Shown in pieces: positions 38,101 through 52,029 of a stretch of 64,000 nt of DNA. The notes beneath the pieces were generated by a model, which saw nothing but the letters and a program-made list of their open reading frames with translations, was not told the DNA's origin and did no database searches. The position numbers and the translations under genes are program-made. Where the stretch lies: contig NC_043001.1 in NCBI RefSeq assembly GCF_006345805.1, positions 24,552,001 through 24,616,000 on the forward strand, given 5' to 3'. Numbering within the stretch: the stretch's first letter is position 1; each line of letters begins with the position of its first letter. This DNA comes from Octopus sinensis. Its lineage: Eukaryota.

Positions 38101-40775
38101 TATATTGTGTATACACATCTGCACACATACACATATACAAAATATAAGATAAAGGTAAACAAAGTTATGATATATTCACAAAGTATATATGCACTACAAA
38201 TACATAGAAACCCACAAACGTTCATAAATGTATGTATTTGTGTTAATGTGTCATATAAGTTATTTAATATAAATAAGTGAATTATATACAATAGGCTTTT
38301 ACTAAAAGAAACAAACACACACATGTCGATTAACTAAATACAACATATTCAAGGCTATATTATCTTCTTTTTTTTAAAGTTATATTTATGCATATGAAGG
38401 TATGTGGCCCAGTGATTAGGATGTTGAACTCACAATTTCAAGATTATGGGTTCAATTCCCAGGCTGAGCAACACATTGGGTTCTTAAGCAAAACACATCA
38501 TTTCACATTGCTTCAGTCTACTAAGCTGTAAATGGGTAACCCTGGGTAGGGCTAACATTCCGATCAGAGGGGACGTTGACCTGCTCACCTAGCCAGTGGG
38601 ATGACATCATTCGAAAACGATGCAAAAGCGCATTGTGACAAGTGATGTATAATGGCATCCGATAGTTTGGCCGATCACGTGATCACACGATATTTATTCA
38701 TACAGACGTACGACTGACACAAATGTATAAAAAAATCAGGTGTGCTTCTGCATGCTTAATTATAAATCTGTTGTTTCTCTCATCTCACTTTATTTTTACT
38801 CTTTTGTCTCACCTTACCTTTCTCTGCTGTTTATTTTACCTTTCGCCATGCTCAACACCTACATTTTCTATCATGCATCATTGAACTAGTTACATAGTTG
38901 ACACTTCTCAAATATCAGGCATACAGTAGGTTCTTTGATGGTAACAGCTTGGAATCTGTACTTGTCTTAACACTATAATCAACCAAATAGCTTGACAAAT
39001 TTACCACTAACTGCTAGAAATTCACTGGGCCAGAACAGCTTATGATGCTGAAAACAGTTGCCAAAATATCTGCTTCTCTAGTGTAGGATTTTGTCTCCAC
39101 ATTTGAATCATTCTATTCTGAATAAAATTTTAGGAAAATAAAAATAAGGAATAAGTGGAAATTTTACTGGTGAGTGTGTTAAATTTTGATACAAAAAGAA
39201 AATTACTCTCCCCAGACACAAGAGATTCTGAATAATATTTTGTGAAAACTCAGTGATGTCATTAACGCAAGGTGTGAGGAGCAAATGAAAAATGGTAAGA
39301 ATAGAGATATGTAATGAGTTTTTATATACTGGTGCAAGGACCTTAATTTTGAAGGGAGGGAGTTAGCCAATACCATCAATTTCAGGTACTTTATTTTATC
39401 AACTTCAAAAGGATGAAAAGCAAAGTTGGCTTAGGTGAGATTTGAACTCAGGACATAAAGAGCTGGAAGAAATACCACAAGGCATTTTGTCCACTGTTTT
39501 AATCTCACTAGAGGCAGTGGTGTAGCTAGAATAAGTGCCATCCATGACATTCCCTTAAGTTTGTTGTCCTCTGCATCCTATACAGGATTTTACAGGTGAG
39601 CCAAATGTGCTACACTTATAAAAGTGTCACCTGGGGTGGGCTGCCCCCATTGTGTCCCCTACCCCCGCTTCACTAAATAGAGATATATGAGAACAGATGA
39701 CTGACATTGAGAGCTGGTGTTTATTAGATATTGTACCCGTCAAAGAAAAAATATTATGCAATACTGAAAAGAAAAGATGAATATACTATATATGAAAGTA
39801 TACTAAACATGATTTCTTTTATTTTTCTGTACCAATATACAAATTCTAAATTATATCTTCAAATATAGTACAATTCTGGCTTAATAGAAATAATAACTCA
39901 AGATTTGCAATAAGAAGCAAGTTCAGGTGATCAGCAATTAAAGATCTTAATACATCTGATTGGAACCATTAATCATTTCTTTTTTTTTTGTTAAAAAAAA
40001 AAGATAAAAAGAAATAAGTAAAAAAGAAAACTGGCTGCACTTCATCTTTTCCTATAATCTACATCTTCAATCCCATTTCTCCTTTCAAATGGAATTTGAA
40101 GAATCTAATCTACTTTACATCAGAGACATCTTTCATCTGTTAACATAGTATGTAATTTTTTTTTTTATGACATACTTAATTAGAAAGTCATGCCTTGTTA
40201 ACATTTTTGGGTGGCTTCCATGAGGGTATGATACAATCAACATATTCTACCATATTTATGAATTCATTTTTGTTTTTGTTGTGTCTGGGGAGAGTCATTC
40301 TCTTTTAGTGCCTTGTTTCTGTTCTACTTTTTTTATCTTCCATGAGTACCTTTTTTTTTATTGTTCTAAATTCATTAAATATTGCTCGGATGGGATTGTT
40401 CTTAAGTGGAGCATTTGCTTTTTTAGTGAGTACTAAAATGTGAATGTAAGTCATGTCTGTCTTATTCATTTGGGCAAACTGGAAAATGCAGTTAGCTATC
40501 TTACTCAAAGGCACAATACACAATTACAGCAGCAAAATCTAAATGGATGATCTGTGATCAGTAGTTCAGGACCCAAATCTTATGGCTATGATGCTCTTTC
40601 ATGGTGTGGACACCAAGACTTGTACTAAAAGTCCTTCAGAAAAGTACTCAAATTTCTTCAAAAATTCACCAGGCTGGACAAAGAGTCAGGTATTAATAGT
40701 CTTAGACATGTGTGGATATAATATTGTGATCCCTGTCATTCAACAGCAACTGTAGTGAGTGGATATCCTTGTTTC

Positions 40776-40807
<32 letters not shown>

Positions 40808-40854
40808 CATACATACATACATACATACATACATACATACATGCATGCATGCAA

Positions 40855-40975
40855 AAATACCCTGTTGTTGATGTTGAAATTCCAATGAAGGACCCATGAA
40901 TCTAGGTTAGAAATCAGCTCGTTCTCTGTTGGCAAGAAATCTTGAAATAAACTGAACAATGATATACATACATAC
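40855..40975 (+). mobile_element. 3' end of an RLE-type LINE within (CATA)n
   Basis: Matches 28602-28721; CATA repeats on both sides. Confidence 0.65.
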
Positions 40976-42158
40976 ACACATATGTATATACATATGTACA
41001 TACGTATGTACATACATACATACATACATATAAAAAGTATATATAATGTATATATAATGTATATATAATGTATATATATAATATATATAATATAGACATA
41101 TTATTATTTATATACATATATATATTTATATACATAGGCATAGCTGTAGGTTTAAGAAGTTTGCTTCCCACCCATGTGGTTTGGAGTTCAATTCCACTGC
41201 ATGGGCAAATGTCTTCCTCTGTGACCCCTTCACAACCAATTCCATGAGAGGGGATTTGGTAGATGGAAATGAAAGAAGCCCACAGTATGCTTGTGTGAGT
41301 GTGTGTATGTGTGAGAGATGCGTATGTATTTATGTATGCATGCATGTATGTATAGATGAATGATATATGCATGTATGTACGGTGTTTGTTTTTATGTCAA
41401 GACATACATGAAAACAATTTGACATTAAATCGAAGGGTTACTAAATACTGTAGTAGAGTATTTGTTTATTAAACTTTTATGATATACATACATATACTAT
41501 ATGTGTGTGTGTGCGTGAATTCATATTTCATCTCATCTTCATGTGTGTTCCCTGGCTATAAACAATGGCTTCAGTGCTAATGCAGCCAGAGCCATTTACT
41601 TGCAGCCTACTTCAAAAGCATGTCCAGGCATTTTGACATGTCTTCATATGTTATGAGATCTTTGTGAAGCAAAGGCTCCTTCATACAGCGCTAATTGCTT
41701 TCGGTTCTTTGCATAACCATTGATAAACTGGGAGATTACCTGGAAACAGGTGGAGGTTGGCATTATGAAGGCTATCCAACTGCAGAAAACTCTATCACAA
41801 TTTAGTCTCCTGTGACCCATGCAAGCTTGGAAAAGTAGATGTTAGAACGACCACAACCACAATGGCGATGACATAAAAGATATACATTTTTCTTTGTATT
41901 GTCATGAAATGCAAAATATTGGTGCATCAAAGAAACTAATAGTTTGCAGCACATAAGCAATGAACTGTGTCTGCCTACACTGAGAATGACTTGCTTTGGC
42001 AATAAAATAGATACTGGAAAACGTTCTGGGTTTGATTCCTTATACCAAAACTCTTGAAGCATGGATGCAGTCCAAAAACTGAAACCAGTAAGAGAATAAA
42101 AGAATATGTGTGTGTGTGTGTGCATTTGTGTAAATATATGTGCACACACACATATATA

Positions 42159-42290
42159 TGTAACAATTATTCGGTTGCCATGATAAGACTCCGAGTTTCG
42201 GGTGTCAGGGCGGAAACCCACGCCGCCATCTCTTTCTGCCCCAACATCCAAAACCCGGAGTCTTTTCATGGCTACTGAATAATTGTCACA
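42159..42290. mobile_element. 132-bp palindromic element (MITE-like)
   Basis: TA|TGTAACAATTATTC ... GAATAATTGTCACA|TA, ~58-bp imperfect arms. Confidence 0.65.
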
Positions 42291-42371
42291 TATTAATTTT
42301 ACAGATAAATTCCTCTATTTACATAATATCAAGGTCTCTTTCATTCTTTTGTTGTCTTACCATTCCCATCA

Positions 42372-42402
<31 letters not shown>

Positions 42403-43789
42403 CACATATGTGTCTGTGTATATGTGTGTAGTATCTTCCTTTATTCCTATAAAGATTTGTAACAAAGAGACAATATGCCATTTCTGAAGTGCAAATGACA
42501 TGTGAAGTGTTGAGAATTTTAGCTTAGTTTGTATTCACAAAGTGTGTTCTGCAAAATGAGTGTTAGGTCACTGCCCTGGGTTTAGAAGACTAACGCATTG
42601 ATATTTACGAACGTAGCCAATAATTATAGCTAGAAATGTGAATTTATAATCTGAGAAGCAAAGCCGCAGGTTTCAAATCATTTATCTAAATATTATCTTT
42701 CACACTGATTTTAAAAGAGATGTTTACATCTGCAAGGCAGGTGACTTCTATAACTTTATCTCGTTTTCTTATCTGTCCCCACAAAAACTATATCAAGTTT
42801 GTTACACTTGCATCAGGCGAAAGTTTGTTAGGAATGTTCCGCTGATACTTGTCAACTTGAAATGAATGAATGCATTCAACAACAGAAATATTTCCTATAT
42901 TTATCCCGGGGAAGTTTTTCTTACAGATGGCACTATATATAGAAGCATACAGTGGTTGTTGTCACAGTTTGAGGTACACTGTTGTACCTGCTATTCTACC
43001 ACAAGTAATTACTAAAAAAAATATGCATACAAACTTCAGCTTTGTTCTATATTGAATACCACATGAGCCTGACAATCTCTTCTACTATACAAAACAGAAT
43101 TACTATTAGGAAAATTTACAACCTGTAGTGTATATTTTGGCACACCCAGAACATAATCACCAGACTGTATATTGCTTTAACAACGTCATATTACTGCATT
43201 TTAATGCAGTAACCGCTTGGCATTTTGGGGCAGCTGCGGATCACATGTAATATGTAACATAATTGAACATTTTCAGCTGCATCTTGAGGTTTATAGACTT
43301 CATAGTTGTTCATTAGGTATTTTGAAGCTATCTTCTCTTAGCTTGCGAATGTATAACCTTCAGAATGTGACATGGCATAATAGTTATGAGTCTTCGACAA
43401 TCTACACTTCCTGTTAATGTTAACAGCAACCTCAAGTTTACAGGAAACATACCCAAACATAACTGGGTTTTTCTGGGGTTTTTTTCTTTTCTTTTCGTTT
43501 TGTTTTGTTTTTTTATGCAGAGTGTTTCTCTGCCAAATTTTTATTGGGGTATGCTAATCTATCAAATCTGGGGTAGCAAAAACGTCCTTGGGAAGTAAGT
43601 AACTAAGTACTTCTTCAGGAATTGCAATGTGTGTATGCATATATGTGTATATGTATTTATTTGTTTAGAACAACAAAGGTGACAATGGAGAAAAGCATCG
43701 ACTTTAAATAAATAAATAAATAAACTCACACATATACACATACAGAAAAAAAATATATATATAATGTATATATATATATATATATATCA

Positions 43790-43980
43790 GTCAACATGAT
43801 AGATCATTAGCCACTACACACATTTTTTTCTCTCCTTGTTTTTTCTGTGTCCCTTTCTGTAGAAGAGTGTAGGCTCGAAACATAAAAGACTTTTTCTATT
43901 CCTGAGCATTATACTAATACATCTGTTTGTTTTGTACACAACCTGTCTTCATTTTTTGTTTTTTTCGTAAACTCTCCCTA
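43790..43980 (+). mobile_element. Penelope-like end fragment with a decayed hammerhead-like motif
   Basis: CTGTAGA-A-GAGTGTAGGCTC-GAAACATA at 43857-43883; (TA)n on both sides. Confidence 0.45.
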
Positions 43981-44212
43981 TATATATATATATATAATAA
44001 TGATAATAATAATTATAAGCTTAAAGCTTATAAGCATTCACTGTGTATTGGTTAAAGAGTCTAATATTAGGGCATATAAGCCCTCAATAGAAACAGGTGG
44101 GTGTTAGTACACTGAGGGTTTATATGCCTCAAAATTAAGACTATTTTTGTCAGCAAATACATGTTAGCAAATACACCGTGAACACTTACAAGTTTTAACC
44201 TTATGATCATCA

Positions 44213-44590
44213 TTATTACCGCTGCCTTAGCAAAGGCAGAGGTATTGTTTTCAGTGATATTTGTTTGTTTGACTGTTTATCCGTGGACATGATATCTCAA
44301 GAACTGATGGATGGATTCAGATGAAACTTTCTGTGATATTTGGCCTCAGGACTGGCACAAACTGATTAGATTTGAGGATCAATATAGAACTGGACAAGGA
44401 TTCTGGATTATTTTTCCTGTTTTTTACTTAATTTTTGAGAGTGGTTGGGTTCATTTTTAGTATTCTCTTTTGTGAGAGCAGTTGAGTTTATTTCGGATAT
44501 TCTCATTTTAAAAATCATCTCTGGCTAATTGTTGAGAGGACGTTGGTGTCGCCTTGGCGGAGGTTTGTGCTCCCTGAGTGCTCTTATTAT
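44213..44590 (+). mobile_element. Helentron-type non-autonomous element
   Basis: TTATTACC...GCCTTAGCAAAGGCAGAGGTATTGTTTT start and GCCTTGGCGGAGGTTTGTGCTCCCTGAGTGC end, resembling Helentron-associated elements (recalled pattern). Confidence 0.5.
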
Positions 44591-45017
44591 TTGCTACAGA
44601 ATTTTCACTCATCACTGCTTCTCCATGTATGTATGTATGTATGTATGTATGTATGTATGTATGAGCGCGCGCGTGTGTGTGTGTGTGTGCGCATGCGTGC
44701 ATGCATATACAGACAAATACAGACAAACAGACAGACGGATGAGCAGGCAGGTAGCCATGTAGGCAAGCAGACAGATCGACAGACGGATGGATGGATGGAT
44801 GGATGGATGGATGGATGGATGGATGGATGGGTGGGTGGGTAGATGGATGGAAGTAAGTAATTAGTTAAATTTCTGGAAAGCTTGAGCAAGTTAAGCAACT
44901 GAATGAATTCACTTCACTTGTAACAAGGCCACCCCGATCTGGATGCTCAAGTGGTTGGAATTGATATACACTTCCTGTGTTTGTAAAACTAACCTTCTCT
45001 TTGTTTCCCCTACTTAC

Positions 45018-45103
45018 AAGTGTAGCAAAGTGGTTTGTACTCGTATTTGTAAGAAAGAGAGTGCTCGGAACATTAGTAGTTCAAAGACTAATTTTGAAGA
45101 TTC
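45018..45103 (-). CDS. Candidate 86-nt exon (ESSKLVFELLMFRALSFLQIRVQTTLLH)
   Basis: TGTCAG acceptor, CTT|GTAAGT donor, single open frame, local CpG retention. Confidence 0.25.
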
Positions 45104-45183
45104 CTGACATACGATGAAATTAATAGTTACTGTGTGGTACTGAACCTTCCATTTCCCACTGTGTGTGTGTATGGATGGATGGA

Positions 45184-45216
<33 letters not shown>

Positions 45217-45498
45217 TTATCAGTGCCTTGGGCAAAGTGTCATCCACCTTAATTAGCAAGTTTGATAAACCAGAAGATCATTTGCACTTTACTTCAGACT
45301 CTGTGTGTGTGTTTGTGTTTGTGTGTGCATGTGCACATACACACTCAAATATTTACTTGTGTGCCTAAACATATATATATATATGGGAAATGTATAGTAC
45401 GCATGCATATGTTTTTGACTGTTTGTTTTGTGTTTTTCTCTTTTTGCTGGTTCTTAAGTAATAACCATTTTAATTTTTTAGAATATTAACTTTACACC

Positions 45499-45546
<48 letters not shown>

Positions 45547-46663
45547 TGTGTGTGTGAGAGAGAGTGTGTGTGTGAGTGTGTGTGTGTGTATGTGTGATCT
45601 TAATACTTTGTCAAGACTATTGAAAAGGTTGCAAGATGCAATGAAAATTTTTAGGAAAATAAAATTAAGAAAAAAGTGAAAATTTTACCGGTGAATGTGT
45701 TACATTATTAGGCACAAAAAGAAAATGACTCACCCCAGATACAACAGAATACTTTGTATCATTTTAAGTTTATCAAATTACACATCCACCTTATGGTCAG
45801 CCAAGCATGTTTATTGATGTAGCAACTAGCACTGATATTTATTGATACATGTGTGCTTGCTTTTACCAAGTAATATAATGTTGGTTAACTAGCCTGTTAA
45901 TTAACATTATATAATCCAACTAATTAAAACATTGGTATTAAGAATTTAAACGTCCTTTATGCTGTTGCTAGATAAATTTGTACACATCTTGTTGAAAAAT
46001 ACCCCCACATAAATGTTATCTGATCAAACAGTTAAGGAATGGTGTAGTTTTAAATAATAATCTCATAGCACCATGCAATTGAAACCTAGCAAACATAGGA
46101 AAAATACAATGTGAAATCAACCTTGACAAATGTGGATTTAGAACTACAGACCATAAACATTTATTAATCAGCCAAGCCAATTAAATGCTTCTCTGCTCTG
46201 TTGGTGAAATGCTGTTTAGTATAAAGGTTGATGAATATTGGTTATTGCAACCAGTAAAGAAAAGAATATGTCAGCAACAACCCATGAATATAAATCTTGG
46301 CTTGTTTGGCACACGTTGAATAATTGATAAAAGTTAATAGCTTATATTATCCCAGAACTACATTGTAGAGAATCACGTACAACAACACAATGTTATCCCT
46401 GGCATTCTATTTTCCTGAAATTCGTTGTATAGATTCATTATGTTATCAGGTGATTGATCATGTTATTAAAGTGCCCAAACTCCCTCAGATTTCTACTGCA
46501 ATCAGATAGGCTACAAAGTGGCAGTCACAACAGAATTGGGTAAAATGCTTTTCTAGTATTTATTCTGGCTCTCAGTGTACTGAGTTCAAATGTTGCTGAG
46601 GTTAACTCAGCTTTTCATCCTTCAGGCGTTGATAAGGATTTGATAAGAATTAAAGAAATAAGA

Positions 46664-46694
<31 letters not shown>

Positions 46695-46789
46695 TAAACA
46701 TTACACATGCACATGTATAATGTGTACACACAGATGCATATATGGACATACATAGATATGCATGAATATACAGGGTGTAAGACATTTTG

Positions 46790-47105
46790 GTGGTGGCGCA
46801 ATGGCCCAGTGGTTAGGGCAGTAGACTCGCGGTCAGAGGATAGCGGTTTCGATTCCCAGACCGGGCGTTGTGTGTGTTTATTGAGCAAAAACACCTAAAA
46901 GCTCCACGAGGCTCCAGCAGGGGTTGGTGGCGACCCCTGTTGTACTCTATTGCCCCAACTTTCTCTCACTCTTTCTTCCTGTTTCTTGAGTAATGCTGCA
47001 ATGGACTGGTGTCCCATCCAGCTGGGAGGAACACATACACCATAGAAGCTGGGAAACCGGGCCCATGAGCCCGGCTAGGCTTGAAAAGGGCGCATAAAAA
47101 AAAAT
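46790..47105 (+). mobile_element. SINE family D variant
   Basis: GGCGCAATGGCCCAGTGGTTAGGGCAG..GGTTTCGATTCCC tRNA-like head. Confidence 0.8.
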
Positions 47106-47314
47106 AATAAAGACATTCTGGTACAGCTATTTGGGGATTGCCTAATTGGTGTCACTGATTGGATGTTGACTTATTTGAAATCAGAATTCTTAATGTTTCC
47201 CTTATTCTCATCCCTCTCCCCACCTCTCTCTGTTTATGTGTGTAGGTATCTATGGAAGGTTCAATACCTCACAGTGACTATCAATAAGTTTATTTATTAT
47301 TGCAATGTCTCTGC

Positions 47315-47505
47315 AGAATCATTAGTATGCTGGGCCAAATGCTTAGCAGTATTTTGTCTGCCGCTATGTTCTGAGTTCAAATTCTATCGAGGTTGACTTT
47401 GCCTGTCATCCTCTCAGGGTCGATAAATTAAGTACCAGTGAAACACTGGAGTTGATGTAATCAACGAGTCCCCTCTCCCAAAACTTCAGGCCTTGTGCCT
47501 ATATA
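47315..47505 (+). mobile_element. SINE family C
   Basis: Matches the family consensus. Confidence 0.75.
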
Positions 47506-47666
47506 TAACAGAAGGGATTATTGCAATGTCTCTCTCTCTCCCCTATCTATCTCTCTATATATATATCTCTTTCTCTCATTATCTGTATGTGTATATATAT
47601 CTGCATGCCTGTGCATGTGTGTATACTTGCCTCAAGTGCCAAATAGTTCTGTTGTAAGCATAGGTG

Positions 47667-48069
47667 CAGGGGTGGCTGTGTGGTAAGTAGCTTGTTTACC
47701 AACCACATGGTTCTGGGTTCAGTCCCACTGCGTGGCACCTTGGGCAAGTGTCTTCTACTATAGCCTCGGGCTGACCAAAGCCTTGTGAGTGGATTTGGTA
47801 GACGGAAACTGAAAGAAGCCCGTCGTATATATGTATATATATCTATATATATATGTGTGCGTGTATGTTTGTGTTTGTCCCCCTAGCATTGCTTGAAAAC
47901 CGATGCTGGTGTGTTTATGTCCCCGTCACTTAGCGGTCGGCAAAAGAAACCAATAGAAAAAGTACTGGGCTTACAAAGAATAAGTCCTGGGGTCGAGTTG
48001 CTCGATTAAAGGCGGTGCTCCAGCATGGCCGCAGTCAAATGACTGAAACAAGTAAAAGAGTAAAAGAGT
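47667..48069 (+). mobile_element. SINE family B, full length
   Basis: Matches the family consensus, (AAAAGAGT)n tail. Confidence 0.9.
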
Positions 48070-48454
48070 AGAATGTCCAGTCAGCCACACTAAATTATTA
48101 GTCTCCAAACAGACTCACCCAATCATCTCATTCTAATATATAAATATATATATAGCTGACATTTTTTAAAAATATAAATAGTTTATCGATACCAGTCAAG
48201 CACTTGTGTGCATTTCTCTTTCTCTCTCTCTCTCTCTACCTCCCACTCTCAACTGGCTACACAGCACTGTGAGAAAGGTTAAGAAGAGGATTGGTGACAG
48301 CAATTTTTTTCTCTAGAACGGAAAGAAATAGAGCAAGAGACTTGCAACCATTTTTCGTAGACAAACTAATATGCTATTGGAACTATCCAAGGACAAACTG
48401 ATACACAGTAGACCACAATACAGAAAAAAAATAAAGTAGGCTGTATTCAGATGG

Positions 48455-48491
<37 letters not shown>

Positions 48492-48502
48492 GTATATATA
48501 TG

Positions 48503-48533
<31 letters not shown>

Positions 48534-48779
48534 GTATTTTATCCTTCGAAACGTAGAGTAGATGAAACCTTAGCGACTGAAGAAGGGGTTTTTTCGTTGT
48601 GTTAACTGTCCTGTACACCATTTTTTGTTGTTTTTAAAAAAATGTCCTGTTCCTTTGGTTTGTGTCTATGGTTTCGTTTCTCATTGTGTTCGACGTCCCT
48701 TTGGTGTCCTGTACTCATATATGCGTGTCTATGTACATGTAGAGGTAGGTACGTACATATATGTTTATATATATGCATA

Positions 48780-48830
48780 TGTTTTATTTCTTTTATTAAT
48801 ATATATATGTATTATATATATATATGTATG

Positions 48831-48871
<41 letters not shown>

Positions 48872-48958
48872 ATATATATATATGTATATATATGTATATA
48901 TATATATGTATATATATATGTATATATATGTATATATATATATGTATATATATATATT

Positions 48959-48990
<32 letters not shown>

Positions 48991-49065
48991 ATTTATATAT
49001 ATATATATTTATATATATATTTATATATATATATAATTATATATATATATATACATATATATATA
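48780..49065. repeat. (TA)n compound microsatellite
   Basis: Direct reading. Confidence 0.95.
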
Positions 49066-50064
49066 TGAAAAAAAAATGTTACTATAGATGGCTGCGAAGT
49101 TTTCATAAGACCAAACTAATATTGTCTGGCTTTCACAATTATCTAGAAAGCAAAATTGAAAGCAGAACAAATATGATTCTGGGGCAAATACTCTGATGGA
49201 TTTTGTTTAATGTTTATCATAAATCTCCTTTGACTACAGGCATTTACTATGGTGGTTTCTGTATATATTTAATGTACTTTAGTCAATAGATAATATTACA
49301 TTTTTGTTCTACTATCATGCCTTCTCTTTCTCCTCTCACTCTGTTTATCTTCATCACAGATATATATATGTGTGCACAAGTGTTTGTCTCAGCGGGTGTT
49401 TAATGAAGAAAGATATGCAAAAGCGATCACCATAGCGACAGTGTTGCCATGCATCAGTGCACCCTCAGATTTCCACCGTTAATTCATAGTAATCAAAATG
49501 TGACATTTTTATACCCACGCAAATACATAGGCATGCACCCCCCACCCCCACACACACGCACGCACATATACACCTACATACACACCTACACACATACACA
49601 GACATATACAGCCATACACACAGATAAACTACTTGAGCTTATGTTCTCAGGAAAATTATATATGCAGATTACATACACTCACAATATAGATAATATTTTA
49701 GTGTTAAAGTAGTGTAAAGGGATCGGCATAAGAAAATAGAATTGTCTAGCAAATAAATAATTCTGTTTTACTAATGAGATCAGAATAAGACCAAAACGTA
49801 TCTGAAGTTATCTCTTGTGCTTTCCAAAAAATTTTAAATAATCCTAGTCACTTAATAATATCAGCTATTCTCAATGCTAATTAATTCCTAGGTAGTTTTA
49901 GATGCTCCCAGTATGGAATATGTTAACAGGAGTGGCTGTGTGGATAGGCACAGGAGTGGCTGTGTCGTAAATAGCTTGCTTTCCAACCACATAGTTCTGT
50001 GTTCAGTCCCACTGTATGGCACCTTGGGCAAGTATCTTCTGCTATCGCCTCAGGCCAACTAAAG

Positions 50065-50645
50065 ACTTGTGTTTTTTACTTGCCACTTGCACAGGAGCCA
50101 GCCCAGTGACACTGGCAACGATCTTGCTCGAATGTTGTCTTTCACATGCCACTGGCACAAGTGCCTGTAAGGTGATGCCGGTAACGATCACACTCAAATG
50201 GTGCTTTTTACGTGCCACTGGCACGGGAGCCAGTCACCAGCCCTGGCAACGATCACGCTCGGATGGTGCTCTTAGCGCTCCACTAGCATGGATGCAAGTC
50301 AAGCAGTGCTGTCATCGAATTTGATTTTGATTTCACTTGCCTCAACAGGTCTTTGCAAGCAGAGTTTAGTGTCCAATGAAGGAAAGATATGCATAAGTGG
50401 GCTGGTTACATCCATGGCATAGGCCATGAGGTTATGGTCTCACTTGGCTTGCCGGGTCTTCTCTAGCATAGCATATTTCCAAAGGTCTCGGTCACTAGTC
50501 ATTGTCTCGGTGAGGCCTAATGTTTGAAGGTTGTGCTTCATCACTTTATCCCAGGTTTTCCTGGGTCTATCTCTTCCACAGGTTCCCTCAACTGCTAGGG
50601 TGTGACACTTTTTCTCACAGCTATCCTCATTCATTCTTGCCACAT
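50065..50645 (-). mobile_element. RTE-clade LINE: ORF C-terminus plus 3' UTR
   Basis: VARMNEDSCEKKCHTLAVEGTCGRDRPRKTWDKVM..TSDRDLWK = RTE GR.RGRP..W motif, running into family A sequence. Confidence 0.85.
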
Positions 50646-52029
50646 GACAAATATATATATATATATATATAAGAGGTAAATAAACAAAAGTAGGCTTAAT
50701 AAATGAATTTATATGGAAGGCTGCAAAGCAAATATGTAAAGGCATGATATAAGCATCTTTCTTTACAGCTGTTTCAGATGAACAATGACTGATGTCATAA
50801 CCATATATATTACATAAATAAAGTCCCATAATTTTTAAGTGCATGGAACGCACAAATTCTTACACTTTCTCCCAATACACACACACACACACACAATATA
50901 TATATATACAAATGCACACACACACATGATTTACAGCACATTATGTTTTTGTATCTGCAACATATCACCAAAGTAATGATCTTTGCAAAACTGCTATACC
51001 ATTGCACTGTTTAGCAGCTTTTCAATTCTGAGTTCTCATCCTACCACCGAGGGTGACTTTGTCTTTCATATTTGCAGAATCAACAAAATGAAGAACCAGT
51101 CAAGTATTGGTAGCAACTAACCCCATCCCTTTCCCCACAAAATATGGAGCCTTGTATCCTTGTTAGGCACCAATAACTGCAACAGTTCACTTCACCATAA
51201 ACTTCATCTAATTAGGCTTCTCTTTCCCGATCTAACTAAAAGCTAAATTATGCGTAGCATGTCAAGACAATCAGGAATTATTCTAATTAAAACACAGCTG
51301 TTGATTGTCTAACCATCATTAGTGATACAAATGTTCTCTTTCAATGACTTTTTAAAAAATATTATTGGTATAATTTAGTTGAAGAAGATAGAGGCCACAG
51401 CCTGTGTCAGCACCTTCCAAACTAGCAAGGTCAATGTATGTTTCTTTATTACCCACAAGGGGCTAAACATAGAGGGGACAAACAAGGACAGACAAACGGA
51501 TTAAGTTGATTACATTGACCCCAGTGCGGAACTGGTACTTAATTTTATCGACCCCGAAAGGATGAAAGGCAGCAGAGTAAAATGGGGCAGACTATACGTG
51601 GTCACATGCAACACTAGAAATAGCAACCAAATTCCCTCAAAGGCCATCTCTGCTGTTTAAAAAAATGGAAAAAAACATACTAAATAATCTAGTCTTTAGC
51701 ATCCTTGGAGAGACATGATGGTTAGTTCTATAATGCTTTCCCATTGCAAATATTCTCAATCAGGTCTGACCTGGAGCGAAGCAGCAGAGATGTGTAGAAA
51801 GTTGCAGTTCTGGGAGATAAGGTCAGGTGAAATGTTTAGTGTTAGTTTATAGGATAAAACAGTAATAAGGTGAAGCAGCAGCACCAAACGCAGCTCAATA
51901 GGGGAAGTAGAAGTTGTTGTAGCAGTAGTAAAGTATAGGGAGGAAGAATGCATCACTTTATTGGGGTTAGGTGAATACAGCACGTTGGTGAAATCATGAA
52001 ATCAATCAACCAGCCTTCTAGTTTTCCGG

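Noticed and set aside
43100-43410. Long minus frame with two TAA stops, possibly rescued by A-to-I editing
   Set aside because: Needs double editing at each stop, the peptide is unrecognisable, and chance is a sufficient explanation
46790-46870. tRNA gene (also the heads at 11007, 16088, 31580 and 47667)
   Set aside because: No complete cloverleaf or acceptor stem; each runs into a shared SINE body
51764-51826. Plus-strand exon GLTWSEAAEMCRKLQFW resembling a C-type lectin start
   Set aside because: No other lectin motifs nearby; it equally resembles a decayed RTE-type C-terminus
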